NCBI GenBank assembly: GCA_963735805.1 | Contig: CAVTMK010000004.1 | Coordinates: 768,001 to 832,000 of the forward strand | Direction of reading: 5' to 3' | Length of the DNA: 64,000 bases | Source of the DNA: an uncultured Verrucomicrobiae bacterium | GTDB lineage: Bacteria > Verrucomicrobiota > Verrucomicrobiia > Chthoniobacterales > UBA10450 | Shown: in pieces, positions 17,521-26,429 of the stretch | How positions within the stretch are numbered: position 1 is the stretch's first letter | How the letters are laid out: every line of letters starts with the position of its first letter | Translations under genes and position numbers: made by a program | Notes under the pieces: model-generated | Told to the model about the DNA's origin: nothing | The model's input: the letters and a program-made list of their open reading frames with translations, nothing else | The model's database searches: none

Positions 17521-18522
17521 TCAGCCAGTAAAAATTTGTTGCTGCTGGCCGACAGCAAAACCGACGAAGTAATTGACGTAATGAAACACGGCCGGCGCAA
17601 CAAGGATCAGGCTATCAAACCGGTCGAGAATACCGCCATGACCAGGAATGAGTTTCGAAGTGTCCTTGAGACCGAGGTCACGTTTGATTGAGGAAAGCAT
17701 CAGGTCGCCGAATTGCCCTACAATGCTGACAATGATGCCGAGCCCCAGCAGGTGGACCGGGGTGTCCAGCGCCGTGCCGAACCAGACGAAATGCGCGCCA
17801 AGCGCAAAGAGCGGTGTAGTTAACACGATTGCTCCGAGAGCGCCGCCTACTGTTTTGTTCGGGCTGGTGTTGGGAACAAATTTTCGACGACCAAATAAAT
17901 GGCCGCAGATGTAGGCAAAGATGTCATTAAGCTCCACCGCGAAGATGATCAGCAAAAGAATAGGTCGATAGTTCCAATCGTTCGCCATGTTGCCAAGGTT
18001 GCCGAGGGCGCTTCCAAAAAGAGCGAAGCCGAGCACACCCAGGCCGACACGCTGGATGTAGCCTTTGGGTTGATCCGGTATCAGGCCGCCAATGGCAATC
18101 AACGCCACTGTTAGCGGAAAAAGGGCAACGTATAGGCGATACCAGTTATCCAGGGCTGCGAAGGCGAGCAAAAGAATGCCGATAACCACAATGAGACTGA
18201 TGGTTCGTTCCCGGAACAAGCCTGTGATGCGAGCATATTCTCGATAGCAAAGAAAACTCAGAGCGGCGACCGCGAGGATGGTCCAAAAAGCGCCTGCCAG
18301 AATCGGAACGAGGATGAACAACGCCAGCCAGATCCAGGACCGATAACGATCCCAGAGTTCCTTTCTCTTGTCGGTAGTGCTGTTGGCTGCGCGTGTCACG
18401 ATAAGTATGAACATTGGCGCTAACAGGAACAGAATGAGGGCCGTTAATGTCAGAACTGCCGTCACGTGATCGTCAAAGGCGTGACGAAATCCAAAGAGGC
18501 GTTCGCGCGTGAGCTGGCTCAT
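17521..18522 (-). CDS. Phosphatidate cytidylyltransferase (CdsA/YnbB-like)
   Basis: SPNKTVGG and GDLMLSSIKRDLGLKD…PGHGGILDRFDS signature. Confidence 0.92.
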   Translation of the reverse strand: MSQLTRERLFGFRHAFDDHVTAVLTLTALILFLLAPMFILIVTRAANSTTDKRKELWDRYRSWIWLALFILVPILAGAFWTILAVAALSFLCYREYARITGLFRERTISLIVVIGILLLAFAALDNWYRLYVALFPLTVALIAIGGLIPDQPKGYIQRVGLGVLGFALFGSALGNLGNMANDWNYRPILLLIIFAVELNDIFAYICGHLFGRRKFVPNTSPNKTVGGALGAIVLTTPLFALGAHFVWFGTALDTPVHLLGLGIIVSIVGQFGDLMLSSIKRDLGLKDTSKLIPGHGGILDRFDSLILVAPAVFHYVNYFVGFAVGQQQQIFTG

Positions 18523-19181
18523 TTTAGAGCGTCTGCGATTCGTCCGACTCGGCGAATAACTGTGATTACGCAGCCAGTAATGATGATTAGAAGCCCCAAA
18601 GTCATCAGACCAATCTGCGAGTCATTGAATCTAATGATCTGCCACGAGCTTGGCGTGATTGCCGCGTAAACGCAGATGAGCGTGATCACCAGCATGCGAT
18701 GTTGTTTTGCCATTGGTCCGCAAAACTCGTTCGGTGCGCCGGCGATTTTTCCCGCTGCGCGAACATAAGCGGTGAAGACTGCCAGAATGGTTGCGATGTA
18801 ACCGAGCGTGATGTTCCCGCCGAACGCGAATCCGGCTCCGATGAAGACTGCAGCGTCCGAGATGCGATCCGGCACTTCATTGTAAAGCTCGCCGGTTTTC
18901 GACGTGCGACCGGAAGCGATGGCAACCATCCCATCGAGCATGTTCGCAGTCAGCCGTAGTTGTGCGCCAAGGGCGGCGATCAGCCACAGGATCCGATAGT
19001 TCGTGACCGAAGTCATGCCGAGAGCAATCCCGGCGACGATGCAAGCACACATGCCTGCAATCGAAATTGCGTCAGGCGAAACATTTCGTGAAGCGAGCCA
19101 GGCCGTCGCATCCTGCGCCCATTTGCGATTGCGCGTTGCGATTGGGCGACGGTCAATTCCGTACCTTGGCGCATCCTCCAT
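18519..19181 (-). CDS. CDP-alcohol phosphatidyltransferase (YnbA-like)
   Basis: NMLDGMVA…GELYNEVPDRISD motif; ATG at 19181 inferred. Confidence 0.88.
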   Translation of the reverse strand: MEDAPRYGIDRRPIATRNRKWAQDATAWLASRNVSPDAISIAGMCACIVAGIALGMTSVTNYRILWLIAALGAQLRLTANMLDGMVAIASGRTSKTGELYNEVPDRISDAAVFIGAGFAFGGNITLGYIATILAVFTAYVRAAGKIAGAPNEFCGPMAKQHRMLVITLICVYAAITPSSWQIIRFNDSQIGLMTLGLLIIITGCVITVIRRVGRIADALK

Positions 19182-19289
19182 AACTTGCCGGCAACCGATA
19201 GCAGGTTGCCGCGGCAATGGGCAGGATAAAATGACTTTGGTCCTCACAGCATGTGCTCCTGCTGCAATTCGTCGCCGCTGCAGTCCCGC

Positions 19290-19409
19290 CGTCATCCCGA
19301 GCAGAGCGAGGGACCGCACAATCGAAGTTTTGAATACACAAATTTCCTTGCGTGATCGACAACCAGTTGTGAGAGGTCCTTCTCCCGCAACTGCGGGATC
19401 AGGATGACA
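19290..19409. repeat. GTCATCC…GGATGAC-type palindromic miniature repeat
   Basis: Termini gtcatcccga…/…tcaggatgac, with internal ggaccgcacaa/ttgtgagaggtcc pairing. Confidence 0.65.
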
Positions 19410-19438
19410 ACGCGAAGAATGCTGATAGTGCTAAGCAC

Positions 19439-20110
19439 ATGACTGCTCGCGAGCGGGTGAAACAATTGATTAAGATTTGGCCGAAAGTTTACCCAGACGC
19501 GCATACCGAATTGAATTTCAAGAACCCGCTTCAACTGCTGGTAGCGACGATACTTTCTGCGCAATGCACCGACAAGCGGGTGAACATGGTTACACCGGCG
19601 TTATTCAGGAAATATCGCACGGCGAAAGATTATGCGGACGCACCGCAAGCTGAGCTTGAGAATGCAATTAAATCGACCGGTTTTTTTCGTAGCAAAACGA
19701 AAAGTATTCGCGGCGCGATGCGCGCGATTGCCGAGGAACACGGCGGAAAAGTCCCGGATACAATGGAGGAACTAAACGCCTTGCCAGGCGTTGGACGTAA
19801 GACAGCAAATGTCGTGCTGGGTAATGCGTTTCATAAAAATGTAGGGATCGTAGTGGACACGCACGTAATTCGCCTATCGCAGCGGCTAGGCCTGACGAAA
19901 CACAAAGACGCAGAAAAGATTGAGATCGATTTAATGAAGCTGGTACCGCGCGAGCATTGGACAGACTGGAGTCACTGGCTCATCTGGCATGGCCGCCGTC
20001 GCTGTTACGCGCGCAAGCCGGATTGCAGCCGGTGCGAAGTTTTCAGGTTATGTCCGAGCGGCAAAGTTTTCCTGCGCACCGGCCAGGCGCAGAAAACGAA
20101 CGCTAATTGA
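19439..20110 (+). CDS. nth: Endonuclease III
   Basis: LSAQCTD, HhH LPGVGRKTANVVL, VDTHV and 4Fe-4S C-x6-C-x2-C-x5-C. Confidence 0.97.
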   Translation: MTARERVKQLIKIWPKVYPDAHTELNFKNPLQLLVATILSAQCTDKRVNMVTPALFRKYRTAKDYADAPQAELENAIKSTGFFRSKTKSIRGAMRAIAEEHGGKVPDTMEELNALPGVGRKTANVVLGNAFHKNVGIVVDTHVIRLSQRLGLTKHKDAEKIEIDLMKLVPREHWTDWSHWLIWHGRRRCYARKPDCSRCEVFRLCPSGKVFLRTGQAQKTNAN

Positions 20111-20118
20111 CACCGGAC

Positions 20119-20149
20119 GGATTCGTCCCGCAACGAACCGGTGGCTACA
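20119..20149. repeat. Single REP-like hairpin ending in GGCTACA
   Basis: ggattcgtcccgcaacgaaccggtggctaca. Confidence 0.5.
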
Positions 20150-20228
20150 ACATTTGTTAAATCGCTTTTCCGTTTTTGGTCGACTTAGCCCAGAGGGTGT
20201 TCTAAGGCTTGGTGCATCCGAAGCTAAG

Positions 20229-21767
20229 ATGGGTAGAGGAATCAAGCGAGAAGGTTTTGCCCTAATTGCCGTGCTGCTGCTTGCAGCGACGATGTCTGCG
20301 CACGCAGCCACCATCACAGTTACCAATACAAACGACAGCGGATCCGGCTCATTGCGTCAGGCACTCGCCGTGGTGCATGATGGTGATAGAATTACTTTTA
20401 CAGTTAGTGGTACCATCACGCTGACCAGCGGAGGACTTCTGATATTTAAGAACGTCACCATTTCAGGTCCCGGCGCTAACCAACTCTCAATTAATGGCAA
20501 TCAAGGGTCATTTGTGTTCGCGGTGGGTTTCGCGAAAACAGTTACGATTTCCGGCCTGAGCGTCAGCAACGCCCAGTCTGGGATTGTGAATGATCAGAGC
20601 ACGGTATTGGTCAGTCATTGCGTCATAAGCGGCAACTCATTCGCCGGGCTCGACAACGAGGCCGGAAGTTCTGCCGGGGCTTCCATGACGGTCGCCAACA
20701 GCGTCATCAGCAACAACTCCGGAAGAGGCGCCTTCAATCTGTTCCCGTTCCTATTCAGCGGCGGCAGTGGTTGTGCCTGCATGACAATCACTGACAGCGT
20801 TGTCAGCAACAACAACGCCGACGGGATCTTCAATGGCGGCGGCAGTTTTTTTGGGACAGCCAGCCTGACGGTCGTCAATAGTGATGTCAGCGACAACAAC
20901 GGCGGCGGTATTGCCGACAACGCCAGCGGAGGAAACGCGTTCGCGACGATCGTCAGCACCACTGTGAGCGGTAACTCGGCGGGCGGTCTGACTGACGGAG
21001 TCAATTCGGGGGACGGTGTTTTCGGTTTCGGGCAGGGCAATGCGCAAGCTGCAATTACCGATAGCACCATCAGCGGGAACTCGACCCACGGTGGGATCTC
21101 TTTTATTGGTACCCACCTGACCGTCGCCAATAGCACCATTAGTGGCAATTCATCAGTGGACAATGGCGGCGGCATTGATGCCCTTGGTTTTGCCTCCAAC
21201 TTTCCGCTCAACGTCAATATTGAGAACAGCACGATTAGCGGCAATTCGGCTGTAACAAACGGGGGCGGTATCTACGCCTTCCAAACGGCGCTACACGTTG
21301 CAAATAGCACAATCAGTGGCAACTCGGCGGTTTCTGGCGGGGGCATTTATCACGATGCGAATGAATGTTGTAATCTTATCTCTGATATCACCAACACCAT
21401 CCTGAATGCTGGGGCGTCAGGCGAAAACATTGTCCACACGCTCGGCCTCTTCCGCTCGCTTGGTTACAATCTCAGCAGCGATGACGGCTCCGGTGAATTG
21501 GATGGTCCCGGAGACCAAATCAATACCGATCCGATGCTCGGTCCTTTGCAGGATAACGGCGGGTCGACCTTTACTCACGCGCTACAAGACAGCCGTACAG
21601 TGCGCAGCCCTGCAATCGATGCAGGCAACCCCAGCTTCATGCCACCGCCTAATGACGATCAACGCGGCTTTCCTTTTGTTCGCGTATTTAAGGGACGCAT
21701 CGATATCGGTTCATTTGAGGCGCAACTCCGACATCCGAATCCACATCCTCGTCCAACGCCCCGCTAA
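20229..21767 (+). CDS. Secreted parallel beta-helix protein with choice-of-anchor Q-like domain and Pro/Arg tail
   Basis: Signal peptide; TITVTNTNDSGSGSLRQA; NSTISGN/GGGI repeats; LGPLQDNGG…SPAIDAG…DQRG…DIGSFE; ends HPNPHPRPTPR. Confidence 0.82.
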   Translation: MGRGIKREGFALIAVLLLAATMSAHAATITVTNTNDSGSGSLRQALAVVHDGDRITFTVSGTITLTSGGLLIFKNVTISGPGANQLSINGNQGSFVFAVGFAKTVTISGLSVSNAQSGIVNDQSTVLVSHCVISGNSFAGLDNEAGSSAGASMTVANSVISNNSGRGAFNLFPFLFSGGSGCACMTITDSVVSNNNADGIFNGGGSFFGTASLTVVNSDVSDNNGGGIADNASGGNAFATIVSTTVSGNSAGGLTDGVNSGDGVFGFGQGNAQAAITDSTISGNSTHGGISFIGTHLTVANSTISGNSSVDNGGGIDALGFASNFPLNVNIENSTISGNSAVTNGGGIYAFQTALHVANSTISGNSAVSGGGIYHDANECCNLISDITNTILNAGASGENIVHTLGLFRSLGYNLSSDDGSGELDGPGDQINTDPMLGPLQDNGGSTFTHALQDSRTVRSPAIDAGNPSFMPPPNDDQRGFPFVRVFKGRIDIGSFEAQLRHPNPHPRPTPR

Positions 21768-21773
21768 GAAGCT

Positions 21774-24029
21774 ATGCGTTCTGCCTTAATACCTGTCCTG
21801 CTTTGTATAATGGCGATGCAAGCGCATGCAGCCACCATAACGGTTACCAATACAAACGACAGCGGACCCGGTTCGTTGCGTCAGGCACTTGCGAACGCGA
21901 ATAACGGCGACACGATCAATTTCGCGGTAAGTGGTACCATCACGCTTACCAGCGGGGGACTGGAGGTCACCAAGAGCGTCGCGATTTCAGGCCCTGGTGC
22001 CAACCAGCTCTCAATTGATGGTAACCTTGATGACCAAAGGACATTTGTGTTCGAAGTCGCTCCCGAGAGAACTCTCAGTATCTTCGGCCTGACCATCAGG
22101 AACGCCGAGTATGGGATTTCGAACAATCAGGGCACGGTATCGGTCAGTAGTTGCGTCGTAAGCGACATCTCGGGCGCCGGGCTCTACAACAGTGTCGAAC
22201 AAGGTTCTGGCGGCGCTTCTGTGACGATCGTTAACAGCGTTGTCAGCGACTCCGGTGTCGGCATCCGCAATGCGTCCGGCACCAACCAGTCTCTCCGTTT
22301 CGGACCGACGAGAACAATGGCACGCGGCAGCACATCAGTCCGTAAGCCGGTAGACGACGCAAGCGGGGCTGCTACCTGCACCGCTTGCATGACAATTGCC
22401 AATAGCGTAGTCACCCGTAGCGGAATCTGGGGCGTTCTTAACTTTGCTTACGGCGCGGCGGACGTGACGGTGCTCAACAGTGGGCTTACCGGTAATTCCT
22501 TAGTTGGTATTGAGACCTCCGGGTACATGGCCAACGCAGAAATTACGGTTAAGAACAGCACACTCAGCGGCAGCTCGTTTTATGGTGGCATCTACAGCGG
22601 CTTTTCCACTGTGAGTATTGCCAACAGTACAATTAGCGGCAACTCGGCCAAAATCGACGGCGGCGGCATTTATGGCGCTGGTGGCACTGTCAGTGTTGAG
22701 AACAGCACGATCAACGGCAATTCAGCACCGGACGGATTTACCGGGGGTGGCATCTATTCCAATGGTGTTGACGATATCAGCATTGTGAACAGCACCATTA
22801 GCGGCAATGCAGCTGGAACGAGCGGGGGCGGTATCTACAACCACAACTCATCGCTGCATGTTGTAAATAGCACGATTACCGGCAACTCGGCAGGTTCCGG
22901 CGGAGGCATCTATAACGACCAGGGCCAATTTGACATCTCCAATACGATCCTGAATGCCGGCGCATCAGGCGAAAATATTTTCAACAGCGGTGGGACCGTC
23001 ACTTCGCTTGGATTCAATCTTAGCAGCGACGATGGCGGTGGCTACTTGAATGGGCCAGCCGATCAGATCAATACCGATCCGCTGCTTGGTCCTTTGCAGG
23101 ATAACGGCGGCCCAACCTTTACCCACGCGTTGTTGACGGGCAGCCCGGCCATAGACAAAGGCAGCTCAGGTGGCCTATTTATTGATCAGCGCCATTTCCG
23201 CCGCCCCTTTGACTTGCCTGGGATCCCCAACGCCAGCGGCGGGGATGGAAGCGATATCGGCGCATTTGAATTCGGATCCTTCCCGTCGCGCGCAGATTTT
23301 AACGGAGATGGGTTCACTGATTACTTGCTCTTTAATGTCGGCACTCGAGCGACAGCCATTTGGTATTTGCGCGACAACAGCTTTATCGGCAGCGGCTATG
23401 GACCGACTCTTCCGGCGGGATGGGCGGTAGCAGATGTCGCGGACTTCAATGGGGATGGCAACCCGGATTATGCGCTGTTCAACGCCAGCACGCGTCAAAC
23501 AGCGATCTGGTACCTGAACAACAACATTTTCGTTAGCAGTGCGTACGGTCCGACCATCGCGAGCGGCTATGTGCTATCGGGTGTTACCGATTTCAACAGC
23601 GACGGCAAACCCGATTACCTCCTTTACAATGGTAGCACGCGTGAAACGGCGATCTGGTATCTGAACAACAACATTTTCGTTAGCGGTGCGTACGGTCCGA
23701 CCATCGCGAGCGGCTACGTGGTATCTGGCGTTGCTGATTTCAACAGCGACGGCAAACCCGATTACCTCCTTTACAATGGTAGCACGCATCAAACCGCGAT
23801 CTGGTATCTGAATAACAATGTGCTTGTTAGCGGCGCATATGGTCCAACTATAGCCAACGGCTACGTGGTATCTGGCGTTGCCGATTTTGACGGCGACGGG
23901 AAACCGGATTACGCGCTGTACAGCCCTGGCACGCGTCAAACGGCGATCTGGTATCTTAACAACAATGTTTTCCTGCGCGGCTCGTTTGCTCCAACCGTTG
24001 TAGCTGGCTGGAGTTTGGTCGCACCCTGA
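21774..24029 (+). CDS. Secreted beta-helix/choice-of-anchor Q-like protein with five C-terminal FG-GAP-like repeats
   Basis: Paralogous to the upstream gene; ends in 49-aa repeats with DFNxDGxPDY…TAIWYL. Confidence 0.85.
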   Translation: MRSALIPVLLCIMAMQAHAATITVTNTNDSGPGSLRQALANANNGDTINFAVSGTITLTSGGLEVTKSVAISGPGANQLSIDGNLDDQRTFVFEVAPERTLSIFGLTIRNAEYGISNNQGTVSVSSCVVSDISGAGLYNSVEQGSGGASVTIVNSVVSDSGVGIRNASGTNQSLRFGPTRTMARGSTSVRKPVDDASGAATCTACMTIANSVVTRSGIWGVLNFAYGAADVTVLNSGLTGNSLVGIETSGYMANAEITVKNSTLSGSSFYGGIYSGFSTVSIANSTISGNSAKIDGGGIYGAGGTVSVENSTINGNSAPDGFTGGGIYSNGVDDISIVNSTISGNAAGTSGGGIYNHNSSLHVVNSTITGNSAGSGGGIYNDQGQFDISNTILNAGASGENIFNSGGTVTSLGFNLSSDDGGGYLNGPADQINTDPLLGPLQDNGGPTFTHALLTGSPAIDKGSSGGLFIDQRHFRRPFDLPGIPNASGGDGSDIGAFEFGSFPSRADFNGDGFTDYLLFNVGTRATAIWYLRDNSFIGSGYGPTLPAGWAVADVADFNGDGNPDYALFNASTRQTAIWYLNNNIFVSSAYGPTIASGYVLSGVTDFNSDGKPDYLLYNGSTRETAIWYLNNNIFVSGAYGPTIASGYVVSGVADFNSDGKPDYLLYNGSTHQTAIWYLNNNVLVSGAYGPTIANGYVVSGVADFDGDGKPDYALYSPGTRQTAIWYLNNNVFLRGSFAPTVVAGWSLVAP

Positions 24030-24502
24030 GCGCCGGCATTTCAACGCTTGTTGACGCTGCCTGGCGGAGGCGGAGGATTGTTCTCTAAATTGCGATAATC
24101 GTCGAGTGCGAGCGGAAAGGTTTTCATCCGAACCGGCCAGGCACAGAAGCCGAACGCCGACTGAGACGGATCGCATGGCGCAAAACACCAGACAGCCAGA
24201 AGTGTTAGAGGAGCTCTTTGAAGCGCTCGGCAATGACTCCTTTGTTATTGCAGAGTATCTTGCAAGGCCCGTGCTAGCTGAGCGTTCGCTCGCGCAACCG
24301 GCGGTCGAGCGACTTAGCTCCGGTAATGTGAAGATCTTTAGATTTCACATTGACCGCTGACCCGGAAAATTAAGCAACATGAAAAGCGCAGCCTTAACCC
24401 TACTTGCTACGATCGCGCTGAGCTAACAAAACCCGACGAAGTCTTGACACGCTTCGATTAGTTTAAGTAAAAACCAAATTGCAGCTCGACCCAATTCCGC
24501 CT

Positions 24503-25807
24503 ATGAAAAAGAAAGCTGCTGCTCAATTTGTCCGCCGGCTTGCTCGCGAAGACTCCTTGCTCGCGAAAACATTCGGAGTTCGGAGTAGCTTTGGCGAAGG
24601 CGGATCACTGATCACCGCGCTTTACGCTTTGGTCGTCGCGCTGCTGGTTTGTTTACCTTCGACCAGTCGCGCCCAATTGGTCGACAGCTTTGACCCCAAC
24701 GCGAACAATGATGTCCGTGCCTTTGCAGTGCAGGCTGATGGCAAGATTCTGGTGGGCGGATTCTTCACCAGCATGGGCGGCCAGACCCGCAACCGCATTG
24801 CGCTATTTAATCCCGACGGCTCGCTGGTCGACAGCTTTGACCCCAACGCCAACTTTGCTGTCCGTGCCATTGCAGTGCAGGCCGATGGCAAGATTGTGGT
24901 GGGCGGCGCCTTCAACAGCATGGGCGGCCAGACCCGCAACGGCATTGCGCGGCTTAATCCCGACGGCTCGCTCGACACCAGCTTTGACCCCAACGCGAAC
25001 CGTGAAGTCGATTCCCTTGCAGTGCAGGCCGATGGCAAGCTTGTGGTGGGCGGCGCCTTCAGCAGCATCGGCGCCCAGCCCCGCAACGACATCGCGCGGC
25101 TTAATCCCGACGGCTCGCTCGACGCCACCTTCGACCCCAACGTCACCGAGACGACAGGAACGGGTGCTGTCGAAGCCCTTGCGGTGCAGGCGGATGGCAA
25201 GATTGTGGTGGGCGGGGTCTTCACCAGCGTCGGTGGCCAGCCCCGCAACAACATCGCGCGGCTCAATCCCGACGGCTCGCTGGACGCCTGCTTTGACCCC
25301 AACGCGAGCTTTTTTGTCGAAGCCCTTGCGGTGCAGGCCGACGGCAAGATTGTGGTGGGCGGGTTGTTCACCTTCATCGGTGGCCAGCCCCGCAACGGCA
25401 TTGCGCGGCTTAATTCCGACGGCTCGCTCGACGCCTGCTTTGACCCCAACGCCTACGGCCAGGTCCATTCCCTTGCGGTGCAGGCCGACGGCAAGATTGT
25501 GGTGGGCGGCTGGGTCAGCATCGGCGGCCAGACCTACAACGGCATTGCGCGGCTTAATTCCGACGGCTCGCTGGACGCCAGCTTTGACCCCAACGCGAAC
25601 GATTTTGTCTTTGCCCTTGCGATGCAGGCCGACGGCAAGATTCTGGTGGGCGGAGCCTTCCAATTCATAGGTGGCCAGCCCCGTAACCGCATCGCTCGGC
25701 TTAATCCCGAAGCACCAACACCAACACCTACGCCATGCACAGGCAGATGCGGACCAACACCTAGGCCGCGTCCCACTCCGCACCCTCGCCCGACTCCGCC
25801 GTGCTAA
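24503..25807 (+). CDS. Secreted delta-60 repeat (DUF5122-like) 7-bladed beta-propeller protein with Pro/Arg tail
   Basis: Seven ~49-aa repeats [12 protein letters not shown]…[11 protein letters not shown]; tail [30 protein letters not shown]. Confidence 0.85.
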   Translation: MKKKAAAQFVRRLAREDSLLAKTFGVRSSFGEGGSLITALYALVVALLVCLPSTSRAQLVDSFDPNANNDVRAFAVQADGKILVGGFFTSMGGQTRNRIALFNPDGSLVDSFDPNANFAVRAIAVQADGKIVVGGAFNSMGGQTRNGIARLNPDGSLDTSFDPNANREVDSLAVQADGKLVVGGAFSSIGAQPRNDIARLNPDGSLDATFDPNVTETTGTGAVEALAVQADGKIVVGGVFTSVGGQPRNNIARLNPDGSLDACFDPNASFFVEALAVQADGKIVVGGLFTFIGGQPRNGIARLNSDGSLDACFDPNAYGQVHSLAVQADGKIVVGGWVSIGGQTYNGIARLNSDGSLDASFDPNANDFVFALAMQADGKILVGGAFQFIGGQPRNRIARLNPEAPTPTPTPCTGRCGPTPRPRPTPHPRPTPPC

Positions 25808-25867
25808 CCAAGCGGAAGTCAGCGCGGACTGAAGCCCATCTTATCAGCGCGACCTAGCCGGATGCGC

Positions 25868-26316
25868 TTAGCGAGATTGCGTTCCGTTGCGCTCTGCTTT
25901 TTTTCGTAGCCGCTGAAATTGTTCTTCGAGCTTTTTTAGTTCGTCGTCAGAAAGCTCTTCAAGATCAACCAGTTCATTCCGAGCGCCTTTGATGGCACGA
26001 ATGATCTCGTCGAGTTTAAAAGAACAGCTTTAGCATTGCGGTTCTGAGTGTTTTGAATCAGGCACACCATCAGAAATGTGACGATGGTCGTGCCGGTATT
26101 AATGATGAGCTGCCAGGTATTCGAAAAATGAAACGTTGGTCCGGTCGCCGCCCAAATTACGATGACAACAACGGCTATCGTGAACGCGCAGGCGCTTCCC
26201 AGAATAATAGAAGAATGGCGTTCGAAAACGCGAAACGCGTCCTGGACGACACAAAACAAATTTCGCGATCTTTCTTCTTTTGATTTCTTAGTTTGAGTCT
26301 CATTCACGGATACCAC
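25868..26316 (-). pseudogene. Low-affinity iron permease family gene, split by a -1 frameshift at ~26017
   Basis: WQLIINTGTTIVTFLMVCLIQNTQNR in frame 0; the family-typical KLDEIIRAIKGARNELVDLEELSDDEL continues in the -1 frame to a stop at 25868. Confidence 0.8.
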
Positions 26317-26429
26317 TTCAAATTCGCGGGCAGTGTGGCGATTTGGGGCATCAGATCGAGGCTAAGCAGGTTGCCCCAAACGCGACGTTGATTTTTCCAC
26401 TGAGTTAAGGAAAACTTGCCTCCGAGTTC

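Noticed and set aside
24106..24360. 84-aa ORF between the surface protein genes
   Set aside because: No motif, ribosome-binding site or homology evidence visible.
24622..25783. Long alternative-frame and antisense ORFs over the delta-60 gene (similarly over the fibre and beta-helix genes)
   Set aside because: Shadow ORFs caused by GC-rich repetitive codon usage; no recognisable motifs.
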